Shown: piece after piece, positions 1 to 9,934 of the stretch
How positions within the stretch are numbered: the stretch's first letter is position 1
How the letters are laid out: the number at the start of each line of letters is the position of its first letter
Assembly: GCA_963780185.1 (NCBI GenBank)
Contig: CAWABA010000006.1
Span: 640,001-704,000, forward strand
Source: Candidatus Bathyarchaeota archaeon
GTDB lineage: Archaea > Thermoproteota > Bathyarchaeia > Bathyarchaeales > Bathycorpusculaceae
Direction of reading: 5' to 3'
DNA length: 64,000 bases
Program-made: the position numbers and the translations under genes
Notes under the pieces: generated by a model
Databases searched by the model: none
What the model saw: only the letters and a program-made list of their open reading frames with translations
What the model was told of the DNA's origin: nothing

Positions 1-120
1 AAAGACAACATCTTTTACTGCTGCGGACCGCCTGGAATGGTTACCGCCATGGGGAAGCTCATTGATAGCTTTGGATTGCCGAAAGCTCAGTTAAAACTGG
101 AGTTTTTCACAGGCTACTAA
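1..120 (+). CDS. C-terminal fragment of FAD/NAD(P)-binding oxidoreductase (ferredoxin-NADP reductase family), partial at window edge
   Basis: Frame 1 reads KDNIFYCCGPPGMVTAMGKLIDSFGLPKAQLKLEFFTGY*, with the FNR-family CGPPGM and terminal E-x-F motifs. Confidence 0.8.
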   Translation, partial: KDNIFYCCGPPGMVTAMGKLIDSFGLPKAQLKLEFFTGY

Positions 121-171
121 TAAACAGCCTTTGGCTTAATTCTCTCCAAGAAAGGTAGGGAAAAGGGGGAG

Positions 172-1464
172 TTATGGGTAGAATCGTCGGGTTGTTCTCG
201 GGAACGGGATGGCGTCGATGATGTTGTCTAAGTCAAGCATCCATGTCAAGAGGCGTTCAAGCCCCATTCCGAAGCCCACATGCGGCACCGTGCCGTAGCG
301 TCTCAAGTCAAGGTACCACTCGTACTCTTCAGGTTTGAGCCCCTGCTCCTTCATACGTTGAATCAGGACGTCTTTGTCTTCTTCCCTTGCGCCGCCCGTG
401 CTGATTTCACCGATCCGCGGCACCATCATATCCACTGACATCGCGATTTCAGGGTGCTCACGATAGGTCTTGCAGTAGAACGCTTTAATCGCCGTCGGGT
501 AATCGTAGACGAAGAAGGGTTTGCCGAAGTCTTCAGCCAGAACCTTCTCATCCTCATAGCCTAAATCAGCGCCCCAGCTCAGCAGGGGGTTCTTTACTTT
601 TAGCCTGTTGATTGCTTCGGCGTAGGTTATGCGTGGGAACGGCGTTTTCACCGTTTTCAGCTTTTCGATGTCGGCGCCGATTTCCGTGAATTCTTTTTGG
701 CAGTTGTCTCCGATGGTGTGGCAGACATGCTCCATCATGCCTTCTTCGAACTTCATCAAATCATTCATGTCTGCGAAAGGCCATTCCGCCTCCATATGCC
801 AGTACTCGGTCAGGTGCCTGATTGTTCGGCTTTTCTCAGCGCGAAAAGACGGCGCAATGCAGTAAACGTTTTCCAGCGAGTAGATGAGGATTTCAAGGTA
901 AAGTTGGCTGCTCTGGGTCAAGTAGAGGTCTTGGTCGAAGTATTTTAAGCCGAAAAGAGTGGAGCCTCCTTCAACCGCCGCAGAAATGAACATTGGCGGA
1001 GAAACCTCAGTGTACCCTTGGCTTTTGAAGTACTCCCGCGTTGCCTCCAACGTTTCGGCGCGGACCTTCATCATCAGGTTCATTTTTCGGCTTCTGAGCC
1101 AAAGATGCCGCATGTCACGGATGAACTCTTCGCTTTTGTCTTTGGCAATCGGGAAAGTCTCAGCCAAACCGACGACAGCGACGTTTTCTGCGCTGATTTC
1201 GTAGCCGCCCGGCGCCCGTTTGTCTTCCCGAGCGGTGCCTTCAAGCGTTAAGCTGGATTCAATCGTAACCCGCTGAGCTTCAGCCCATGCAGGACTGATT
1301 TTCTTCACTGTGCATTGGATAAAGCCAGTTGAGTCACGGATAACTAGGAAAATGAGTTCTTTGCCTTCGCGTTTGCGGTAAACCCATCCGCGAACAACAA
1401 CCTTCTGGTCCTTAAAGGAGCCGCCTAATATGTCGCCTATTTTTGCGTAAGCCATCAGCATCAA
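172..1464 (-). CDS. asnS: asparagine--tRNA ligase
   Basis: OB-fold N-terminus (VRGWV..RDSTG), AVEGGSTLF, YLTQSSQLYLE, FRAEKSRT-RHLTEY, YGTVPHxGFGMGLER. Confidence 0.93.
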   Translation of the reverse strand: MMLMAYAKIGDILGGSFKDQKVVVRGWVYRKREGKELIFLVIRDSTGFIQCTVKKISPAWAEAQRVTIESSLTLEGTAREDKRAPGGYEISAENVAVVGLAETFPIAKDKSEEFIRDMRHLWLRSRKMNLMMKVRAETLEATREYFKSQGYTEVSPPMFISAAVEGGSTLFGLKYFDQDLYLTQSSQLYLEILIYSLENVYCIAPSFRAEKSRTIRHLTEYWHMEAEWPFADMNDLMKFEEGMMEHVCHTIGDNCQKEFTEIGADIEKLKTVKTPFPRITYAEAINRLKVKNPLLSWGADLGYEDEKVLAEDFGKPFFVYDYPTAIKAFYCKTYREHPEIAMSVDMMVPRIGEISTGGAREEDKDVLIQRMKEQGLKPEEYEWYLDLRRYGTVPHVGFGMGLERLLTWMLDLDNIIDAIPFPRTTRRFYP

Positions 1465-1638
1465 CCGTTTCCTTAATACCCAAATTCAAACCTAAATGCC
1501 TATCGATTTTAAGATTCAAATTTCAGGTATCCCAAAAAACATTATTCCATTAAAGGCGGCAATTCGGGAGTGCAAGCGTTTCCTGATTTTCATTATTGCC
1601 AATCATTAAGGAGCAAGAATGCACATCTTATATAACTT

Positions 1639-1725
1639 ATGAATGAGATTTTGCATAAAATCCAACAGGCAAAAATGAAAGAGCTATGGGACAACGAGGA
1701 AGATGGGGCTTGGAAAGACGCCTAA
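1639..1725 (+). CDS. 28-aa antitoxin-like peptide (orphan)
   Basis: MNEILHKIQQAKMKELWDNEEDGAWKDA*; the LWDNxEDxxW tail resembles small archaeal antitoxins found before PemK/MazF genes. Confidence 0.4.
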   Translation: MNEILHKIQQAKMKELWDNEEDGAWKDA

Positions 1726-1814
1726 AGCTAACTTGTTTTCTCAAATGCTTTCGCTGGTTTGCGCCCCGCAATTCTTAAATCGCCCTCGCAGAGACGTTTC
1801 TTTAGATTGGGCAA

Positions 1815-3215
1815 ATGCAAGAGTCTGTGGATGGCAAGTATAAGCTTAGGGCGCTTCGAATTGCAGCGGTCGCGATTTTCAGCGTCGTTATTGTTGAAGT
1901 TTCTTTAGGCATTTTCGTTAACAGTTTGGCCATTCTCAGCGACGGCTTACATGCACTCCTCGATGCCGTATCAACCATAATGTTGTTTTTCGCCGTCCGC
2001 GCCTCCATTAAGCCGCCCGATGAAGAACACACCTACGGACATGAAAAATTCGAAACCATAGGAGGACTCATCGGCGGAGTCACCTTAATCGCCGTTGCTC
2101 TCTTAATCTTCTATGAAGCAGCCATGCGGCTTATGTCGAATACTCATATTCATCAGGATGTCGCGTTAGCTGGTTTCGTAGCAGTAGGCTACGCCATCTT
2201 TATCGCCGCACTAAGAGTTACGGTGTTCAGAAAAAGCCAACACATCGAAAGCCCCTCCATGCGGGTTGGTTTTTACGATGCAATCTCAGACCTCAGCTCA
2301 ACACTGCTGGCTTTGGTAGGTTTCAGCTTAGCTACATTAGGCTTCTTTTACGGGGACGCCATAGCATCAATTTTCCTCGGGGCATTGCTTAGTTATTTAA
2401 GCTTTAAACTTGTACGAGTCAGCGTGATGGAACTCAGCGATACCGCATCAAAAGAGCTTGTTCAAAAAACAAGAAGAATCATCGTCCAACATGACGGTGT
2501 CGTCAAAGCCTTAAATCTGAAAGTTCGCAAGGTAAGCTCTAAAGTTTTCATTGACGCAGCCATTCAGGTTCAAAGTCACATGCCGCTGGAAGAAGCTCAT
2601 ACTTTAGCATCTAAAATCGAAGCGGATTTGAAGCAGGCACTAGGCAACGTAGACGCCACAATCCATGTTGAACCATCCGAAAAAGAAAGCACACTGGATC
2701 AAATGGTGAAAAAGCTGGCAACAGTGGATGGCGTAAAAGAGGTACATGAAATATCCACGGTTTACACAGGCGGCAAATTCTACATCACCCTGCATGCTTA
2801 TGTTAACCCTGAACTCTCAGTTGAAGAAGCGCATAAAATAGCGGAAACAATTGAGAAGAGGCTTCAGGCGGAAATTAAGCCACTAGAAAACGTAACGGTG
2901 CATGTTGAGCCTTCAGGCATAGCTGTTCCCGCCACCGAAGTTGACGAATCCCAGCTTAGAAACGCCGTTTACGAAGTAGCTAAAGCCATCGCGGAGAACC
3001 TGCGCGTAAAACGCATTGTAACCTACGCCGCCGACGGCAAACGCTACATCAACATTGACTGCTGCTTCACCAAGCAAATCCAAGTAAAAGAAGCCCACAG
3101 AATCGCATCAGAAATTGAAAAAGAAACCAAGGAACGTTTTGCAGGCGCCGTCGTTACCGTTCACATGGAGCCAGAATGCGTCACTGAACAGCTAGGGAAA
3201 TATCTGCCGAAATAG
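1815..3215 (+). CDS. cation diffusion facilitator (CDF) transporter with three tandem C-terminal metal-binding (ZT_dimer) domains
   Basis: SDGLHALLD, KPPDEEHTYGHEKFE, six TM segments; three repeats of the AHxIAxxIE...VTxHxEP unit. Confidence 0.9.
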   Translation: MQESVDGKYKLRALRIAAVAIFSVVIVEVSLGIFVNSLAILSDGLHALLDAVSTIMLFFAVRASIKPPDEEHTYGHEKFETIGGLIGGVTLIAVALLIFYEAAMRLMSNTHIHQDVALAGFVAVGYAIFIAALRVTVFRKSQHIESPSMRVGFYDAISDLSSTLLALVGFSLATLGFFYGDAIASIFLGALLSYLSFKLVRVSVMELSDTASKELVQKTRRIIVQHDGVVKALNLKVRKVSSKVFIDAAIQVQSHMPLEEAHTLASKIEADLKQALGNVDATIHVEPSEKESTLDQMVKKLATVDGVKEVHEISTVYTGGKFYITLHAYVNPELSVEEAHKIAETIEKRLQAEIKPLENVTVHVEPSGIAVPATEVDESQLRNAVYEVAKAIAENLRVKRIVTYAADGKRYINIDCCFTKQIQVKEAHRIASEIEKETKERFAGAVVTVHMEPECVTEQLGKYLPK

Positions 3216-3388
3216 AGAACGCGAAGAAAAAAGAAAAGAAAAGCCACTTTTTGTTTTTTCTAGTCGACTGGACTGAAAAGATTGACTTTACAGCAACAGC
3301 GGATGTTCCAGCTGGTTTTTCTTGAAAGCCAAAAAGGCTTTAACGTTGTACTATGCATAATAAAGCCTGTAAATGTGAGCGTGGTTTG

Positions 3389-5647
3389 ATGTTTTCCCGT
3401 TCAGCCTCGGTTAAATTGAAAGCAATCCTCATAATTGACCTAATTATCATCAGCGGGGCTGCAGGAGCCTACTTTTACCTTTCAAATCAAGGCGTCATCG
3501 GAGGCGTCACCAAACCCGCAAAGCTCATCCTAACAAACCTAACCATAGACCCGCCTAACGCAACAGAGGGCGACGCGGTGCTAATAGCGGTTAACGTGAC
3601 AAACATAGGCGATTTAGCAGGCAACACCACCATAAACTTCAAAGTCAACAATGTAATAAAAAACACGCAGAACGTAACGCTTGAAGCTGCAGCCACCCAA
3701 GTCCTACAGTACAACGACATTGAAACAACTTACGGAAATTACAGCGTCGAAGTCGGCGACTTAACGGGATCATTCATAATTAACCCAGCGCCCCCGGGAA
3801 CCAGCAAAATAGTCCTATCCGACGTAAATTCTAACCCATACGAGGCTTGGCCAAACCAGCCTGTAAACGTAACGGCTGTCGCCCAGAATCCAACGTCTCA
3901 ACCCGACAAGCTTACGGTCAGAGTCACAGTTGACGGCGTCTGGGTAGAAACCCAAGTTGTTGAGTTGAACGCAAGTTCAACCAGAACTGTAGAGTTCCCC
4001 GTCAACGCTTCCTCTGTATATGGAAGCCATACAGTAAAACTAAACACCTTAACTGGGTACTACACCGTCGTGAAAGAGGGGTATCATACGCTTGAGGTCA
4101 GCAGAAGCGGCGGCGGCACCATACCGTTAAACTTCCAACTAAACGGGGTCAGCCACAATACACCCTTTATTCAGCTTCTTCCAGAGGGACAATACACTCT
4201 GCAGGTGCCTAACCCTGTTACCCTTGCGACGGGCGTGGTGGGCTTCTCAACTTGGCAAGACGGCCTCACCAGCACAACCAGAACCTTCGATCTAAACCAA
4301 CAAACATTCATGATAGCAACTTACGTCATCATCAGCGGCTACGCATCCTGCCCCTCCCTGTTCACGTGGAACGGCACAGGTTACTCGTACGTCACTGACG
4401 TTTCAAATTCAGGGTGGCTCGGCTACATGGGCACCATGTCAAGCAACGGCGCCATAACGTACAGCGGCGGGACGCCTTGGGACTACGTGAAGCTGAACCC
4501 GAACCTGTTAACCCTCAAAAACGTCGGGGGAAACAACTACTACGACATGACTCTTGCCCAGCAATGGGACGAACTTTTCTACTTAGACACCGCCTACATG
4601 GTGGTTGTTGACCATCCAATCGGAACGGACGTTTACTCGACAATGAGCAACTACGTCAACCAAGCCTTCAACGGACAAATCTACACAGTAAACCCAAGCA
4701 ACCTGATAACGCCAGTCAGCGCAACCTACGTTTGGGGACCAGCAGGAACCACCGCAAAAGGGCAAAATGTGCTATCTCAAATTTCTAAGATAGACGGAAC
4801 CTTTACACCGGGCACCAGTGGGGACCTTAGCCCATCATGGAACAAAACCTACCTCAACCAGCTAACATTGGACTTAGGGAACTTATCTGGGGCGAAAAAC
4901 ATCAAACTTGTCGTTAACGGCATCGTGGACTGGGGAGCTTACCAAGACTACAACAATTGGGTAGCCCAGTTCAAGGGCGCCGCTTCAAGCGGGTACTTGA
5001 CGAATGGCACACAGATCTATCCTGGTCCCTTCATGGAAGTTAAGGATGCAAACGGCAACTGGGTAAGGGTAGCGGCGGACAAGCAGATTCCGATGCCGTC
5101 TGACGGGAACGCAAGAACCTTCGTGGTTGATTTGACAGGCGATTTCCCCAAGGGCGTAACTGACTACCAACTCCGAATCAACAACTTCTTCAACGTGACA
5201 TACGACTACGTTGCAGTAGACACCTCCAGCCAGCAGAACACAAAGGTCCAAACAATCTTGCCAATCGCCAATCTTGACGCTTGGGGACCTACTCAGTCAA
5301 CGTCTTCTGGAAACTTCACACGGTACGGCGACGTTTCGGCGCTGCTTTCCAGCGCAGACAACATGTACGTGATTGGGAGACAAGGCGACGAAGTTACTCT
5401 CCAGTTCCCAGTCGGCAGCCTCTCAAAGCTTGCGCCAGGCATGGAAAGAGACTACTTCCTCTTTGTAGCATGCTGGTTCAAGGATCAGCCTGGAAAATGG
5501 GGCTACGGATTCGACTTCACCGTCAACACACTGCCCTACATCGGCATGCCAGGCTACCCGTACACGGCAACGCAAACCTACCCCTACGACGCAGCACACC
5601 TAGCATACCTCAAAACCTACAACACACGCACCATACCGCCCCCATAA
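3389..5647 (+). CDS. membrane-anchored/secreted CARDB (Ig-like) domain protein with large C-terminal domain (SCPxLFTWNG motif)
   Basis: N-terminal hydrophobic anchor, two CARDB-like repeats (VNVTNIGD; VTAVAQNP), many NxT sites; ATG 3389 preferred over 3353. Confidence 0.75.
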   Translation: MFSRSASVKLKAILIIDLIIISGAAGAYFYLSNQGVIGGVTKPAKLILTNLTIDPPNATEGDAVLIAVNVTNIGDLAGNTTINFKVNNVIKNTQNVTLEAAATQVLQYNDIETTYGNYSVEVGDLTGSFIINPAPPGTSKIVLSDVNSNPYEAWPNQPVNVTAVAQNPTSQPDKLTVRVTVDGVWVETQVVELNASSTRTVEFPVNASSVYGSHTVKLNTLTGYYTVVKEGYHTLEVSRSGGGTIPLNFQLNGVSHNTPFIQLLPEGQYTLQVPNPVTLATGVVGFSTWQDGLTSTTRTFDLNQQTFMIATYVIISGYASCPSLFTWNGTGYSYVTDVSNSGWLGYMGTMSSNGAITYSGGTPWDYVKLNPNLLTLKNVGGNNYYDMTLAQQWDELFYLDTAYMVVVDHPIGTDVYSTMSNYVNQAFNGQIYTVNPSNLITPVSATYVWGPAGTTAKGQNVLSQISKIDGTFTPGTSGDLSPSWNKTYLNQLTLDLGNLSGAKNIKLVVNGIVDWGAYQDYNNWVAQFKGAASSGYLTNGTQIYPGPFMEVKDANGNWVRVAADKQIPMPSDGNARTFVVDLTGDFPKGVTDYQLRINNFFNVTYDYVAVDTSSQQNTKVQTILPIANLDAWGPTQSTSSGNFTRYGDVSALLSSADNMYVIGRQGDEVTLQFPVGSLSKLAPGMERDYFLFVACWFKDQPGKWGYGFDFTVNTLPYIGMPGYPYTATQTYPYDAAHLAYLKTYNTRTIPPP

Positions 5648-5700
5648 TTCACCTTTTTTGCTCATCATGGAATCGGGTAGTTGGGCGGCGAAAACTGTGC

Positions 5701-5744
5701 AAGATTTAAATGGTGCACTCCCGTATTTTCAGTAATTAAATCTT
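5701..5744 (+). promoter_or_regulatory. TATA-like box overlapped by 9-bp inverted repeat upstream of the Fe-S operon
   Basis: AAGATTTAA (5701-5709) and TTAAATCTT (5736-5744) are exact reverse complements; ATTTAAAT is TATA-like. Confidence 0.45.
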
Positions 5745-5899
5745 CAACGAGACCATGCACATGCCGTTAAAAACTGAAAACTCAAATCCGTGCCGTGGGG
5801 AACCTACCCGTTTGATAGGGGTTAGTTGTGCGTGCCGTTTCTTTTTCCCTGTCTGAAGCAGCAGACGTCTCATCACAGTAACTGAAAGGCGAGAAAACG

Positions 5900-6883
5900 A
5901 TGACTTGGGAGATAGTAGGGGACGCACTAAGACTAATAGTGCTTGGAGGGCTTGGGGCAGCAGGGATACTTACAGTTCTGCTTTGGAAAAAGAACCTAGC
6001 CACCAAAGTAACTTACCTGCGTTTTGTGGTTCAAGCAGTCGCCTTCGCCACGCTGTTCTACTTGTTCTCGCTGAAGCTTCCGAACCTGTACTTCTTCATC
6101 GTCATCTTCGCCATGACCCTTTTCATAGGTCGCTTCTACTGCGGATGGCTCTGCCCCTTCGGCCTCATAATGGATCTTGAAGTTATGGCCCGAAAAGCAT
6201 TGCGGGTACGTTACCGAATCGTTCCCGACCGACTCAACAAGGCTCTGCACAAAGCAAGATACGTCATACTTGTCGTTTTCCTCGCTCTGCCCATCCTTGC
6301 ATGGTATTTGGCGCCCCCGCAGAACCTGGATTTCGCGGCGGCTATGGCTCGTCTTCTAACAGGGCCGTTTCGACCATACACAGCCACAATAGACCCATTG
6401 GTTCCCTTCATCGTTCCGTGGTCAACCAGCGCAGTAAACGTGTTCCATGTCAATTTCACTTACCCTTACGTCTTAGACATCATCTTCTGGGCGGGAAACA
6501 ACGTCGGGGAAGCCTTAGCCATCGCGTTCGTCGCCTTGACCTTGGTCTCGTCGTTTACTTTTAGGCGGTTCTGGTGTCGCTTCTGCCCCACAGGCGCGTC
6601 GTTAGCCGTCGTCAATAGGTTTAAGGGTTTCAAATGGGCACCTTTACTGCATATTGAAAAAGACGAGGAAAAATGCACTAAATGCGGCGTCTGCAAGCGG
6701 GTTTGCCAGGTGCAGGTAAATGAGGTGTATGAGCAGAAAGGCGGGAAAATCGCCACTTCAATGTGCATGCTTTGCCTGCGGTGCGCCGAAATGTGCCCCT
6801 ACGCCGAAGCACTCAAAGTAAAGTTCGGAAACAAAACAGTGTTCAAATCAAGAAACTGGCTTGAACCATCAAGCGCTGAGTGA
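5900..6883 (+). CDS. membrane 4Fe-4S binding protein (NapH/MauN-like polyferredoxin)
   Basis: GRFYCGWLCPFG, RFWCRFCPTG, two CxxCxxCxxxC motifs, several TM helices. Confidence 0.88.
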   Translation: MTWEIVGDALRLIVLGGLGAAGILTVLLWKKNLATKVTYLRFVVQAVAFATLFYLFSLKLPNLYFFIVIFAMTLFIGRFYCGWLCPFGLIMDLEVMARKALRVRYRIVPDRLNKALHKARYVILVVFLALPILAWYLAPPQNLDFAAAMARLLTGPFRPYTATIDPLVPFIVPWSTSAVNVFHVNFTYPYVLDIIFWAGNNVGEALAIAFVALTLVSSFTFRRFWCRFCPTGASLAVVNRFKGFKWAPLLHIEKDEEKCTKCGVCKRVCQVQVNEVYEQKGGKIATSMCMLCLRCAEMCPYAEALKVKFGNKTVFKSRNWLEPSSAE

Positions 6884-6890
6884 AGAAACG

Positions 6891-8222
6891 ATGAAAAACG
6901 AGAAAATAGAAAAGAAATACACGCCTGAAATCCCAGCGAAAGAAATCGAGGAACTTAAAGCAACCATCCAAACTTCTTCCGAGAAGATTATGGCTGAAAA
7001 CATCCAACGCATGAAGAAGGCTGACCCGAACAGACCAGAAGCCATGAAGTACTTCGACGAAATCTCAAACCTGTTTGGGCAACGCCAAAAGGAGCTTGCG
7101 GCTGAGAAGGGGAAGGGCAAAAAAATCATCGGTTACATGTGCCTCTTCGCGCCGACTGAACTTATCCTGGCGGCAGACGCAATCCCCGTGCGCGTCAACA
7201 GCGGCTGGTACGACACATCCAAAATCGGCGACCGCGTCGTCCCCGTCGAAGTCTGCCCAGTAATCCGCTCAACCATAGGCGCAAAAATGATCGGGCTCTC
7301 GCCGTTTCTGGAGCAAAGCGACGCCTTAATCAGCGTTTTGACCTGCGACGGCATGACTAAGCTGGGCGAAATCCTCAGCGACTTCAAACCCGTCTGGGAA
7401 ATGAACATTCCCCGAGTCAAAGACGCCGCGCATAGCCTGCGGTTTTGGGATGACGAAATCGTTAACATGAAAAAACAGCTTGAAGCCTTCACAGGCAACA
7501 AAATCACCCGCAAAAGCCTCAAAGCAGCCATCGAGCAAACGCAAGCTGCCACACGGGTTTTCCGTCGATTGCAAGATTTGCGCAAAGGCAACCCCGTGAT
7601 TATGGGCAGAGACGCCATGCTTGTCAACCAAGCCTACATGTGGGACGACAAGGAACGATGGACACAGAAAGCCACGGCGCTATGCGATGAGTTGGAGGCG
7701 CGTGCTGCGCGGAAGGATTGGGTTTGTCCGCCTGATACTCCTCGGGTTTTGGTGACGGGTACGCCGATGTTTTGGCCTGACAGCTGGAAAGTGCCGAATC
7801 TGGTGGAGGAATCGGACCCGAAAGGCATCATAGTCGCTGACGAGCTATGCTCAGGCGAACGCATCCTAAACGACCCTGTCGGCGTCGACGAATGGACCAT
7901 GGACGACATGTTAAACGCCATCGGAGAACGCTACCTCATGGCTTCCACCTGCCCCTGCTTCACGTCCAGCGACGGCAACGAAGACCGAATCAACTGGCTC
8001 CTAAACAAAGTCAAAGAATCCAAAGTCCAAGGCGTCATTTACTACGTAACCCGCGGCTGCATGCTCTACGCCATGGAGTATACCCGAATCAAAAAGGCGC
8101 TGGACAAAATCAACGTCCCCACATACTACCTTGACACCGAATACACCCGCGAAGACGTCGGGCAAATGAAAACCCGCGTAGAAGCCTTCCTTGAAATGCT
8201 TACCGCCCGAGTAGACCTGTAA
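6891..8222 (+). CDS. double-cubane cluster protein (DCCP)-like reductase, 2-hydroxyacyl-CoA dehydratase/HgdAB superfamily
   Basis: Cys pattern GYMC, VCPVIRS, TCDG, ELCSG, TCPC, RGC and C-terminal GQMKTRVEAFLE in a single ~440-aa chain. Confidence 0.75.
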   Translation: MKNEKIEKKYTPEIPAKEIEELKATIQTSSEKIMAENIQRMKKADPNRPEAMKYFDEISNLFGQRQKELAAEKGKGKKIIGYMCLFAPTELILAADAIPVRVNSGWYDTSKIGDRVVPVEVCPVIRSTIGAKMIGLSPFLEQSDALISVLTCDGMTKLGEILSDFKPVWEMNIPRVKDAAHSLRFWDDEIVNMKKQLEAFTGNKITRKSLKAAIEQTQAATRVFRRLQDLRKGNPVIMGRDAMLVNQAYMWDDKERWTQKATALCDELEARAARKDWVCPPDTPRVLVTGTPMFWPDSWKVPNLVEESDPKGIIVADELCSGERILNDPVGVDEWTMDDMLNAIGERYLMASTCPCFTSSDGNEDRINWLLNKVKESKVQGVIYYVTRGCMLYAMEYTRIKKALDKINVPTYYLDTEYTREDVGQMKTRVEAFLEMLTARVDL

Positions 8223-8233
8223 GGAGCAAGCCG

Positions 8234-9019
8234 ATGATAACTCTGGGAATGGACTTAGGCACTCAGCGCGTAAAAGCAGTTATCCTGAAAGACGGCGCCG
8301 TTGTTGCAAGGAGGCAGGCTTTTTCTGGCTTTGACGCGTCGGCAGCGGCGCAAGAGGCAGTTGCGGAGGCTTTGAAAGACGCGAACCTTCAACGCAAAGA
8401 CATCGCCTACGCGGTTGCCACGGGTTCATCGATGGAGAACGCTCCTCAAGTGGACGGTACCGTGAGCATGATGGGTGCAGACGCCAAGGCAGGTGTGTAT
8501 CTTTTTCCGAAAGCCCGCACGATAATTGACATAGGCGCCGAAGAAGCCCGAGCGGTGAAGTGCGACGACAAAGCCGTGATGGTTGACTTCGTCGTTAACG
8601 AACGCTGCGCGGCAGGGGCGGGTGCATTCATTGAGGCGATGGCACGGGCGCTGGAAGTCAAACTTGAAGACATGGGTCCCCTCTCGCTTAAGGCGGAACG
8701 CGCCAGCCCCATAAACGCCTCCTGCGTCATCTTCGGCGAATCCGACGTCGTCTCACTCATCCACCGCCAAGAATCCAAACCCGAAATCGCCCGCGCCGTC
8801 TTCGACGCCATGGCAGACCGCATCAGCTCAATGGTCCACCGACTAGGCGTAAACCCCGACGTCGTGCTCATCGGCGGCGTAGCTAAAGATGTAGGCTTCA
8901 TTGCAGCGCTGAAAAGAAAGCTGGGCGTAGAAATTCTTATTCCCGAGTTTCCCGATTACGCGGGCGCCTTGGGAGCGGCTTTAACAGCGGCAAATAAAGC
9001 GAGGGAGGCACAGAAATGA
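8234..9019 (+). CDS. ATP-dependent CoA-enzyme activase subunit (BzdP/BcrD-like, ASKHA fold)
   Basis: GMDLG, IIDIGAEEARA, NERCAAGAGAF, INASCVIFGES. Confidence 0.85.
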   Translation: MITLGMDLGTQRVKAVILKDGAVVARRQAFSGFDASAAAQEAVAEALKDANLQRKDIAYAVATGSSMENAPQVDGTVSMMGADAKAGVYLFPKARTIIDIGAEEARAVKCDDKAVMVDFVVNERCAAGAGAFIEAMARALEVKLEDMGPLSLKAERASPINASCVIFGESDVVSLIHRQESKPEIARAVFDAMADRISSMVHRLGVNPDVVLIGGVAKDVGFIAALKRKLGVEILIPEFPDYAGALGAALTAANKAREAQK

Positions 9020-9927
9020 AGGAGCCAAGCAGCGTGAAAGAGGAATTGGAGTTTTGGCGTTGGCGGGAATACAACCGCATCGTCGAAGGCATGGAGTGGA
9101 AAAGCAAAGACACAATCACCGCAGGCGTAGACGTCGGCTCCGTCGGCTCCAAAGCAGCCATCATGGTCAACGGCAAAGCCTACTCATGGGGCATCACGCG
9201 CACGGGCTCCAACAGCCCCGAATCCGCAACCAAAGCTTTAGGTTTGGCTCTGCTGGGCACGGGTCTCAAGCACAGTGACCTCAAATACATCGTCGGCACC
9301 GGGTACGGACGCGTCAACGTTCCCATGGCGAACAAAGCCATCACCGAAATCGCCTGCCACGCAAAAGGCGCCAACTTCATCTGGGGACCCACCGTGCGAA
9401 CCGTGCTCGACGTAGGTGGACAGGACATTAAAGCCATCCGCAGCGACGAAACAGGGCGGGTGGTTTCGTTTTTGATGAACGACAAATGCGCCGCAGGAAC
9501 AGGCCGAGGCATGGAAGTCTTCGCCGACCTCATGAAAATCCCCATCGAAGAAATCGGCGCCATCTCACTCCAAGTAGCCGAAGAACCCCCACCAGTAAGC
9601 TGCACCTGCGTCGCCTTCGCAAAAACCGAAGCCATCGGGCTCCTACGCAAAGGCTGGACAAAAGAAAAAGTCTTAGCCGCCTACACACGGGCAATGGCGG
9701 TGCGCATGGCGAATTTAATCAACAGGGTAGGCTTAGAGAGAGAACTCGTCATTACAGGGGGGCAGTCCAAAAACATCGGAATCGTCAGCCGCATCGAAGT
9801 CATCCTCGGCGTCAAATGCCTACCCATGCCCAACTGGCGAGAAGGTGCATTAGACCCCATGGTTGCAGGCGCTTTCGGCGCGGCACTTTTCGGCAAAGCC
9901 CTCTACGAGAAAGCACAGAAAAATTAG
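9016..9927 (+). CDS. ATP-dependent activase subunit (BzdQ/BcrA-like)
   Basis: N-terminal EFWRWRE extension typical of BzdQ; GVDVGS, GTGYGR, EIACHAKGA, DVGGQD, MNDKCAAGTGRG; ATGA overlap with upstream gene. Confidence 0.85.
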   Translation: MKEPSSVKEELEFWRWREYNRIVEGMEWKSKDTITAGVDVGSVGSKAAIMVNGKAYSWGITRTGSNSPESATKALGLALLGTGLKHSDLKYIVGTGYGRVNVPMANKAITEIACHAKGANFIWGPTVRTVLDVGGQDIKAIRSDETGRVVSFLMNDKCAAGTGRGMEVFADLMKIPIEEIGAISLQVAEEPPPVSCTCVAFAKTEAIGLLRKGWTKEKVLAAYTRAMAVRMANLINRVGLERELVITGGQSKNIGIVSRIEVILGVKCLPMPNWREGALDPMVAGAFGAALFGKALYEKAQKN

Positions 9928-9934
9928 GAGGCAA

